A stretch of 64,000 bases of DNA from Tubiluchus corallicola (Eukaryota > Animalia > Priapulida), in the NCBI GenBank assembly GCA_030141605.1, contig JAQGDQ010000506.1, positions 62,001 through 126,000 on the forward strand, given 5' to 3'. A program made the translations under genes and the position numbers. The stretch's first letter is position 1. Each line of letters opens with the position of its first letter. Below, piece after piece: positions 39,443 through 52,100 of the stretch. Under the pieces are notes generated by a model. The model ran no database searches. It was not told the origin of the DNA and saw only the letters and a list, made by a program, of their open reading frames with translations.

Positions 39443-41488
39443 AAATATAAATACACAAACGGCAAAATAAAATAAGTCCGAATCTGAATCTGACTGTGGA
39501 AGCAACTGAATCCTGGGCCCAGTTTCACATAGCCGTCTCCAACTCAACGACGTAGTTATTAATAGTTAAGTGAATGTAATAACGACGTCATTAACCTAGT
39601 GACAACTTTGTGAAACTGTCCCCTTGTTTCTGGATTAACTTCTAAAAGATTCATTGAACTAAATCGGCACTAGCTAAAGCATGGACGCTGGACGAACTAC
39701 TGAAGGATCACTTGAACTTCGTTAGAATTAACTGAATCCTGGCCTCTGGACGAACTTCTGAATGATAAGTTGAACTTAGTTAGAATTAACTGAATCCTGG
39801 GCTCTGGGCCAACTTCTGAATGATAAGTTGAACTTCGTTAGAATTAACTGAATCCTGGACGCTGGACGAACTTCTGAATGATAAGTTGAACTTAGTTAGA
39901 ATTAACTGAATCCTGGGCTCTGGACCAACTTCTGAAGGATAAGTTCAACTTAGTTAGAATTACCTGAATCCTGGGCTCTGGGCAAGCTTCTGGTGGATAA
40001 ATTGAACTCAAACGGAATTAGTTGTTTCCTGGCCTTTTATCCGACTTCTGAAGGATCAGTTGAACTGAGACGGAATTAATTGTTTCCTGGACTTTTATCC
40101 GACTTCTGAAGGGTCAGTTAAGCTCAATTGGAACTACATGAAGCCTGGCGTGTGAACCAACTTCTCGTGGATAAGTTGAACTCATTTGGAACAATGCGCT
40201 ATGTGGTTGTGCTTGCACCACAGTCAAGAATGCAAGCGTTTTACTATGGGAAAGAACTGATGTGAAGAATCGTGTAATGCAATGGTCTCCTGCCTGCCTT
40301 GGACCCCCCCCCCCGGTTACCAAGTACTTACTGTCATACAATTTACACCACAATCCAAGCTTGAAATTGAAGTGGTGCATCTCGCAACGCTTATGTGAAA
40401 ATCACGCAAGAACTGGCTTTTTTAATGTCTTTCAAATGCACAAACTGGAGATGCTAACTTCATCAAATAGAACAAAACAGTGCCATGCTGTAGTTGGAGA
40501 AACTTGCATATCAGTTTCCAATTACTTAATTAAATTAATTAGTTCCTTGAGTACTATTATAGAACTATAATATTCAAACTAGCAAAAGCCCCGCAAAAAA
40601 TTTTGCGTGTAAATCCTCGTATAATCAAAAATACGCGAACATACTACCTAGTGTTCGCTTATTTACCTAACGCAAAGCCAGCAGCTGCTGCAGCTTTTAC
40701 TGAATTACACTAAATCGAGGCCTTTCGTTTGATGTATAGATCACCGCAAATGGTGCCGTCGTCGAAGTTGTAGCCTCGAATCTTATATATATATATAATC
40801 TTATATATATATATATATATAATCTTATATATATATATAATCTTATATATATATATATATACCAAGAATATTAATATAATAAATAGCACATACCATCTAA
40901 TTTCACCGTAATGTCTTTAATCAGAACACTCCTGTGCAGTTTTGGAGGTTTCAGCCCTTCTATTCCACTGCTGGATATCTTCAGGAACTGAAAATTCGGG
41001 TTATTGGAAAAGTCGAACTCTGGTGCACCTATCAAGCTTGAACTTCCTCTTATGATAAGCGAAGAAAATTTAGCTTTGTGAAAAGCCTTTGGATGTATCG
41101 ATGATAACTTCTCGTTCGACTCGAACACTAGCTGTTCTCTTGTTACACCACCAATAGCATTTTCTCCTAACGTTTCTATATTAGAGTAACTTATCTTTAA
41201 AGACTTGACTTCTTTTCCTTTAAAGAAATCATCAGGTAATTCTGTGTCCTTAAAGTCAAAAATATTTAGTGTTTCAATGATTCCACTTAGATTTGAAACA
41301 ATATCTGCCAGACCTTGCCTAGTAGAAACAAACTTGCAATTAACGTTGCATTTGTTAGAATCATAACGCGTTGTTTCATAATCACATGCAATTGCACGTT
41401 TGCTGACTTTTACTACGTCATCGGGACATTCTCGTGATGAACAAAGAATAAACGCTGCTAAAGCACAAACAACTGTCAACTTTTTCAT
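38306..41488 (-). CDS. Two-exon leucine-rich-repeat type I transmembrane protein (~347 aa); exons 41488-40894 and 38754-38306
   Basis: Signal peptide MKKLTVVCALAAFILCSS, Cys N-cap and LRR-like units (VKSLKISYSNIETLGENAI; NEKLSSIHPKAF). Donor GATG|gtatgt and acceptor ttttcag|CAAAT join in phase 1 to give VKLDANPRLSCDCDSVW (LRRCT NPxxCDC). A Pro/Thr stalk, a TM helix (VIVSVGVGTGLILLILGATLLV) and a short Ser-rich tail follow. Confidence 0.8.
39640..40190. repeat. 58-bp minisatellite in the LRR gene intron
   Basis: gttagaattaactgaatcctgg at 39721, 39779, 39837..., degenerating at both ends. Confidence 0.88.
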
Positions 41489-43494
41489 CTCTGCACTAAA
41501 ATCAAGAAAGCTGCATCAAAAATGCTTACAAACTTCTTGTAAACCTATTTAAAAGAACAGCAACCGTTCAAGTAATTAGATAATTACTGCCGTCTAGAAA
41601 AACAATAGTGGATATTGTGACTATTCTCATTGTCTTTAAAGTGAGAACAATGTTTATTGAGAAGACAAAAACAGTAGGAAAGAACATATTTTGCGTTAAA
41701 TGAAAGGACTTGCTGTGAAAAAAACAATGAAAAATTTCCTTTCCTCACATTCGATTTAACAACAATTGATACACTTACACACATCAGTCATACACTGATT
41801 TTATTTATCATGTAACTTTTTTTACGCAGCACTAGTGAATCATCATTTTTTTATATATTATATATATAGATATATATATTGTTCATAAAATATTATATAT
41901 AGAGATCTTTATATATACATGTATTATTATTATACATATACATATATTGTTCATAAAATATTTAGCAAAAGTTTGATTATATAGAATTTATATATAGATC
42001 TTAAGATTATATAAGATTATATAGAAGATAAGATCTTAAGAGATTAAAAAGATCTTTATATATACATGTAATTATATACTATATATATATAGTATTTATA
42101 TAAATATATATATTATATATATATTTATATAATTATTGTTCATAAAATATTTAGCAAAAGTTTGATTCTATAGAATTTATATATAGATCTTAAGATTATA
42201 TAAGATTATATAGAAGATAAGATCTTAAGAGATTATAAAGATCTTTATATATACATGTATATAATTTATATATATATTTATTATAATACGCCAGCTTTAT
42301 ACGGGCGCATCCACAATATTTCTTTACTAAGTGTCGATACAAACGCGTAAATTTGTAATTTATGGTAGTCAAGAGCGGAGTTTGCATGAAATAAGTTTGC
42401 GCTAGGTGCGCGAGCGAAGACGACTTCGTGAGCATAGTTACGGAGCTTATATTAAAGATGCTGCGCTAATCAGTTGTGGAATACTTAAGCATGTAGTTGT
42501 AACACTAACAGAATCAGCCAACGAACTTACCAAAAATTATAATTAAGATGCTGTTGCATCATTAGGGTGTTGGGTGCGTGTAAGTTGTAATTTCAAGTAC
42601 AGAAAATCCTGATAATGTAACAATGACAGCAGCTCATGCTAACGCATCAAACGCTACGTGTAAGTTGTAATTTCAAGTACAGAAAATGGCTGATAATTTA
42701 ACAATGACAGCAGCTCATGCTAACGTCTCAAACGCTACGTGTAAGTTGTAATTTCAAGTACAGAAAATGGCTGATAATTTAACAATGACAGCAGCTCATG
42801 CTAACGCATCAAACGCTACGTGTAAGTTGTAATTTCAAGTACAGAAAATGGCTGATAATTTAACAATGACAGCAGCTCATGCTAACGCATCAAACGCTAC
42901 GTGTAAGTTGTAATTTCAAGTACAGAAAATGGCTGATAATTTAACAATGACAGCAGCTCATGCTAACGCGTCAAACGCTACGTGTAAGTTGTAATTTCAA
43001 GTACAGAAAATGGCTGATAATTTAACAATGACAGCAGCTCATGCTAACGCATCAAACGCTACGTGTAAGTTGTAATTTCAAGTACAGAAAATGGCTGATA
43101 ATTTAACAATGACAGCAGCTCATGCTAACTCATCAAACGCTACGTGTAAGTTGTAATTTCAAGTACAGAAAATGGCTGATAATTTAACAATGACAGCAGC
43201 TCATGCTAACGTGTCAAACGCTACGTGTAAGTTGTAATTTCAAGTACAGAAAATGGCTGATAATGTAACAGTGTCAGCAGCTCATGCTAACGCATCAAAC
43301 GTTACGTGTAAGTTGTAATTTCAAGTACAGAAAATGGCTGATGATGTAACAATGACAGCAGCTCATGCTAACGCATCAAATGCTACTTGTAAGTTGTAAT
43401 TTCAAGAACAGAAAATGGCTGATAATTTAACAATGACAGCAGCTCATGCTAACGTATCAAACGCTACGTGTAAGTTGTAATTTCAAGTACAGAA

Positions 43495-44870
<1,376 letters not shown>

Positions 44871-45651
44871 TGATCTGCATGTACAAGAGAGGAAATCTTT
44901 GCATGTGACAGCTGGCATTGGTTGCTACATACATGTTTCATCTGTAATTCTAAATAAACTAGCCCTTCGAATACGTAAATAACCATGGCAGGAGAAATAA
45001 CAACGTATGCTGAAATGACGGGGCGGTGTAGATGTGGCACAGGTAAAAATGGCACAGGAAAAATGGCACAAATGAAAAGTAGGTAAAAGTGGCACAAATG
45101 GAGAAGTGGGGAAAAATGGCACATACCACAAAAATGGTATGTTGATGCAATTGATATATATATACATATATATAGATAGTTATGAATATCGATTTTTTAT
45201 GGCAAATAAAGATTATAAAAGCATAAAAGAACATCGCAGCATGAGAATAAAATTCACACAACTGTTAAAGGCAAATGCGTCTAGTGCAAACTAAAAACTA
45301 CTGTGCCAAAAATTTAAAACAAAATATACATTATAATGTTACACGCAAATTATAATTGATTATATACAACATATACATACCAATTTAAAATGGACGTGGG
45401 AAAATAAAATTTGCGGATGAATATATATTATTGTTTACGTGTGTAGGGTTTTCAAAACGATTTAATGTGTGTATTTTTAATTTAGATTTGAATTCGTCGA
45501 AAAATTTGATGGCAGGGTATTCCAAAGTTGAACTCCTTGTTTAGTGAAGATTTCTATAAGACTAGAATGCGCTCAGTAGGAAGCAGGTCTCTGCCAAAAT
45601 CAGACAATCGTAGTCTTATTCGTCTGATTCATTTGATTCAAAAAATTCAAC

Positions 45652-46290
45652 ACATTATTATTATTATTATAATTCTTTATTTAACATTTAAAATTGTACA
45701 CATATGCAAATATTTACATAAAATACATACAGGGACCCACTATTTGCAGGGTATGGTTAAAAAAACTTTGTAAATAAAATAGCTGTTATATTCGCAAGAC
45801 TTTTAAATACCAATAAATCAATATACCAATAAAAGAACAACTAAAATCAAATAGTACCAATTTACACAAATTTACACAAAACGACCTGTTAAATATAAAA
45901 GTGACAGATATAATATAAAAGTTCAATATTTTATACTAAAGTTTGTAAAAACGAATCACAAACTAACTCAGAGAAAGCAACTAGCAGGTTTTTGTCTCGA
46001 GAGGTATAAATTTTACTAATGTTTTGAAATTGCAGGCTATTTGCGACCACTAATCTTTTATTTTCGTCGACCAAAGTACAATTAAAAAGCAAATGTTCAA
46101 CTGTTTGTACTTCATCTGTACACATACAGGCATTTTCGTGTATGTATCCAATTTTAAAAAGAAAATCTTTAAAGTTACCTTGCCCTAATAAAATACTACA
46201 AGATAGTTTTTCTAGCCTTCTGCTATTTGTATGAAAAGGAAGGTCTAGTGGAGTTAAAAATACATTTTCAGGAAGAATAGATAACTCCTG
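45652..46290 (-). mobile_element. 5'-truncated non-LTR retrotransposon (LINE) 3' fragment
   Basis: Minus frame LLGQGNFKDFLFKIGYIHENACMCTDEVQTVEHLLFNC matches the ORF2 C-terminal CCHC motif of R1/I-group LINEs. Stop at 45931, then a 3' UTR and an (AAT)n tail at ~45652-45672. Confidence 0.65.
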
Positions 46291-47083
46291 GCATTTGTAG
46301 CGAGTACGGCATCTATTTTAACACAAATAATTTAACACAAATATAAACAAACAAACATACAAAAATGCACATGAATAAGTACTATATAAAAAGACTCACA
46401 AAATATTAGTTCATTAATTAGATTTATAAAGGACAATGCACGAACGTTCCACATGGTGTTTATCTACCTTTTCACCAATAATTTTGGCGATATACACTGT
46501 TACGTTATACACTGTTGTGCCATTTTTACCTACATTTTGAGTTGACATATCTGTAACATTTACGCAGACGTGCTTGACAAGCAAAGGGAAGATGCCTGCC
46601 ATTGCACAAACTGTGGTTAGTTTGTGACGTAAGCAATAGCTGTGTTCGGTTAATTTTCTAAGCTAATTATTCAAATATAAGGAACAGTTGTTAACTTTTA
46701 TAGGCAAGAAAATGTATATTTTGGACAGTAAATTAAAATGAGATTAAATCTAAACAGTCTTACGGTTTTCCTCTGTACATGTTTGTGCACAACAGCTGTG
46801 ATTACATTTCAAAAATAGCATCTTAGATCAAGTGATTAACAGATCTTCTGACTCAGTCTGTTAACTTGGTTTCTGTTGAATTCATTTCTTGGGCATTCTC
46901 CAATGATAAATGATACAGTTCAGGTTACTTAGTGTCTCAACCATATTAATATATTGTAATTTTTCTGCGTTTATATATTTACTATTGTAATTTGCGTGTG
47001 ATTTAGTGTCGTTATAGTTTGTTCGGTAAAATTTAAATAAATATTATGTTTGAAGTAAAATGTGTATGTATATATATATATAT

Positions 47084-48265
47084 TGTGACGACCACTGGCA
47101 CCATTTTTGACTCTCTATGGTGTATTGTATAAAAGAATAAATAGTTTTGTCAGGAATGCGAAATAGGGGTTGTCTTTTACTTTATCCGAGCACGCCAGAG
47201 TTCATCACATGTGGATAAAAACAATTTTTAATACTAATTTTTTAAGGCAAGGGGTTTTTATCCAGACTTTTTTTACCGAGGGTCCTAGTAGTTTGATTAA
47301 AACTGATGCTATTTTAGGCCATTATAATTTGTACTTAGAAATGACGAGGACGAACAGGAGGACAAACAAACGTTATTGCTTTTTTTTATAAAAAAACGTG
47401 TAAAAATTATTTAGTGGTAATTTCAAAAATAATATTTCTACAAATCACTTACATACATACATATAACGAAAGAATTCAGTAAACCCCATCCCAGGTATAA
47501 TAGGAAGAGAGGAGAGGATAATTACCGAAGAGTTCCATTGTCGCTGCAGCTGTACCAATGGGCTAGCCTCAGGTCGTGATACCGTGGGTCCAGTTATCCA
47601 GGATCACATCTCAAGAATCAAGAAACCACACTGCTGGGGCTCACGCATTGCAGACTCCACCACCAGAGTGTTAGAAACAAGGATCCAGGGTCTCGAAACG
47701 TCTCCGTTTACTCCTATACTGTAGGAGTCAGCAAATGACGGAGGAAAGGAGAAAAGTTCCTCGTTCCCCGTCTTCAACTAGGCAACCTCCTTAGGCAGTT
47801 CCAAACTCCACCCAACAACCGTCATGATCTACGTGGCCAGATTACGAACACGACGAAGTTTCCTGCATACTAGTAACACTGCCTAGGAACCGTCTGGTTT
47901 CCTCTCAGAGAAATTTGATTACACTGAGAACACCAAAACTAGCGAACTCACTATGAGATCTCAAAAGTTATGAGATCTCAAACTTGCTGCCACAAAACGT
48001 GTGCTTCCAACGCAGCTTAAAAACCCGTAATGGCGGCAATAAGGAAAAATCACGGTTCAATGCTTTTCCAGGAGCGCGAAAATTATCCTGTAACCATTCA
48101 AGACATGTGACAGGAAGATCGCCATCAAACAGGGAAAAGGGGAGAGGTATTAAAGGATGGGCAGAAAACCAACCCAAACATAAAACAGAAATGAATATTT
48201 TATTTGGAGTACAAAATGAACTTTAGCATAATTTTAATACGGACGAGGACGTCTGTGACGTCACA
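47084..48265 (-). repeat. 3' LTR
   Basis: Direct repeat of 54752-55932; preceded on the minus strand by the polypurine tract GGGGGAGGG (~48270-48278). Confidence 0.95.
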
Positions 48266-49188
48266 GAAGCCCTCCCCCAAGAGTGTGGTAACACTCTTAA
48301 CCAATGGACGTATTAAAAGTATCTGGAGTGCATTTTGGTACAACATACATACATCATGGACACAATGCCACAGATCCTAACTACTATATTGGAACAGGGG
48401 TCACAAATCTCTATTACTATTAAAAGTATATACAATAGCACACACAAAAAGAAACAAAAAAAATTGCAACTGACAGGTCATTGAACCAATATGAAAAGAA
48501 TTGGTAATGGTAATGTCAATCATTGCATTACAAAATTACAATATAACTCAAAAGAACGTCACCAAAGTTAAGTACTTGCACAAACACAGTTCACAAAATT
48601 CTCCTGAGAGAAGCCGAAAGAAGATACCCTAAAATGGTTATATGAATCACATTAAAGGTTAAATGTACATGGTACTAAAAATACACTGCTAGCAGATTTT
48701 AACAGTGTGAGTGCTCAATGATCACACTGGGCTTCAACTCAAACATGGATATGTCCTCAAAGCAGGAAATCCTAGCTATGATTAACAATAACAATGTCGT
48801 CTCACAAACAACAAGAATTGTAACCAAACATCGCTCAACGTCCTTCCATATGAATACAAGAAAGGGTGACTACGATAAGAGCAAATTGTGAAGAGTAATT
48901 TGTATTTGGTAACAATAAAGTAAGAGAAAAACTCTCACCTACCTAATGACTACACAGTAATACAAATAATTTTCATATTCGTCAGTGCAGCTAGAATTAG
49001 CAACAATAAACATCAACAAAAGCATCTATATACATCACTACTACAAGAATTCAATTACATCAATATATAAATCGTGAAAATGTCAAGTGACTCAATGTGC
49101 GCCAAAAATCAATGTTTAACGCTAAAAGCAAGACTATCAGATATTATGCGATCTAGGAAAGGAAAAAAAAACGTTCTCCATTTTCGAA

Positions 49189-52100
49189 TCACAAACGCGA
49201 CAGAGCATCCGCCACTCTGTTTTCACAACCAGGGACATGTTCTATATCAAATGCGTATTCACTTAATTTAAGTGCCCAGTGGCATAATCTACGATTTTTC
49301 GTTTTCATTTTATCCAAAGCAAGCAAACTGCACTGATCAGTACGAACAGTAAAATGTCGACCTTCCAAGTAGTATCTTAGTTTCTCAACACTGAACACTA
49401 CACTCAAACATTCAAGCTCCACCACAGAGTACCTAGTCTCTGGCTGAGTCAACTTGCGACTAATATATGTTATTGGCACTTCAGCTAACCCGTCTCCCTT
49501 ATCTTGAGACAGAACAGCCCCTAAACCGATAAAGCTAGCATCAGTGGTTAGGTAAAAGGGCTTAGTAAAGTCTGGTGAATGGAGTACGGACTCGGAAGAT
49601 AATGCATCTTGAAGCTGACGAAAGCTACTTTCAGTGGCCTCAGTCCACTCAACTTGGACCGGGGCATACTTTTCAGTAAGAGCATGGAGAGGCGCCGCGA
49701 TGCTACTAAAATGGGGGATAAAACGCCTATAAAAACTGACCATACCCAAAAACCTGCGCACCTGCGTTTTTGTCTGTGGGCGCAAAAATTGACGTATCCG
49801 TTCCACTTTGGATAATTGTGGTTTAAGTCTATTTTTCCCCACTACATATCCCAGGAATTCGACTTCCTGTTGTGCAAAATGACATTTTTTAGGTTTAACT
49901 GTCACTCCAGCCTTGCGAATGTTGTAAAGTGTGTAATCAACATGCTTTAAATGATCAGTCCAGTTTGGAGATTTAATGATAACATCATCAATATACCCAC
50001 TAGAACAATATGAAACCGGATCTAATATGCGGTCAATAAGAGACTGAGCCGAGGCTGCAGCATTCATTAACCCAAAAGGCATAACAGTAAACTCAAATTT
50101 ACCGAAATTAGTAACAAAGGCTGAAACAGGCTGAGATTCCGGGGCCAATTCAATTTGCCAATAGGCTTTTGACAAATCTAGAGTTGATATCCACTTTGCG
50201 CCATGAAGATCATCAATCATGTCGTCTGGACGTGGTGTTGGATAAGGTGAAAATATTGTTCTCTTGTTCAAGGCTCTGTAGTCAACACATGGACGCCACT
50301 GGCTAACGCCATCCATAGGAGGCTTGGGAACAACTAGCATTGGAGATGAATACTCGGAATCCGAACGACGAATGACACCCAAATCTAACATATCTTTGAT
50401 TTCTTTACGGATAATATCTAAACGAGCTTGCGGTACTCGATAAGAATGCTGTTGGACAGGGGTCTTGTCATGAAGGTTAATGTAATGTTGAACCAATTTT
50501 GTTCTGCCGGGAAGATCGGTAAACATCTGGGGGTATGAATGGAATATGTTCCTCATTTGTTCCTTAGCTTCCTCAGATAAATAGTCAGGCAATTCGACAT
50601 CCTCCACAGATTGTGTGGCAACTGCAGTTGGGAAAAATGCATACTCTGGAAGATCACAAGCTTCGGTTTTGCCAGAACCTATCTTGTTACAAGTCTCTTC
50701 AACTTCTTGCCAGTTAATAGAAGCATCATCCCTGTCTTCATTGTGTAGAGCCATAAGAACAAGTTCTTCTTCTCTATCAATGTAAGCTTTAAGTCTGTTA
50801 GCATGAAACGTACTTAAGCTTCTCCTACTTCCAGGCTTACCTAGCTTGACTCGATAAGTGCATTCAGAGAGTTTGTCAACTATGGGGTATGGACCACGCC
50901 ATGTAGTTGCCATCTTACTACCCTTTTTCATCCGTTGAACAAGGACTTTATCACCAATATTGAAACTACGTTGCTTAGATACACGATCAAACCAAGATTT
51001 TTGAGCAAGTTTAGCCCTCCTAAGAGAATTGTGTGCATCCTCTAAGGTTTCATCCAATGTGTTTATGATACGGGAGACATAGTCATCCACGTCTTCCAGC
51101 TCAGGTAGTTTCTCACAGCCCCACCGCTCTTTCAACATAGCTAAAGGGCCCCGAAGTGGGTAACCAAAAACTAATTCATTGGGGGAGTAATGAGTAGACT
51201 CCTGGGGAACTTCACGATAGGCAAACAGAACGAATGGAATAGCCAAATCCCAAGGAAGGTGGGGATGATCTTGAATAAGTTTTCTGATAGAGGCTTTGAG
51301 TGTGGAATTGTATCGTTCAACAAGACCATTGGTTGAAGGGGCATAAGCAGAAGTATAGATACCTTTGACCCCAAGCTGTTCTTCCAACTGCTGAGTAAGC
51401 TTGGAAGTGAACTGAGTTCCTCTATCAGTCAGTATTTCTTTTGGAATGCCATATCTGCAGCAAAATTCTACCAGTTTGTTTAGAATAGTTGTTGTTTCAA
51501 TATTTGGGATGGGATAGCAATCCGGATAACGAGTGGCGTGATCTACAATCACTAAAGCGTACTTATTCCCATCTGGAGTACGACTAAGAGGACCTATGAT
51601 GTCCATGCCAATGCGGAAAAATGGCTGCTTTGGTATTGGTAAAGGACGGAGAGGAAGCCTATCACCTCTCTGTAAACGACCATTTTTCTGACATGAAGGG
51701 CAAGAACGGCAGTAACCCCGCACAGCGTGTTTTATCTTGGGCCAAATGTATTCCATAAGAATACGGTCTGCTGTTTTCCTAATGCCTAGGTGACCCGCCA
51801 TTTTGTTATCATGAGCAATTTCAAGGACTTGGCGCCGACGAGATTTAGGAAGAACTAAAAGTTCTCTAGGTTTGCCAGCCTTAGTGTGCTTACAGAGATA
51901 ATAAAGCATTCCATCTTTAAGGAAATATCCTTTTCCATTCTGCTCTGCAATTTCAAATGTTGTAGCGTGATCAATGTAGTTTGCTAATGAAGGGTCATTA
52001 TGTTGTTCTTGTTTGAGTTGTTCAAACGAGACAGTAATCAACTGAGCCTGCTCTTGTTTGAATTGTTCTAGGTTAGAATGTTCTTGTGTAGAATATGTAC

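Noticed and set aside
45015-46540. Possible MULE-like element with aaaaatggcaca subterminal repeats
   Set aside because: Only a short inverted match near 46515; termini and TSD could not be defined.
48266-49188. Possible env-like ORF between pol and the 3' LTR
   Set aside because: No minus-strand ORF of 60 aa or more in the track; treated as 3' UTR.
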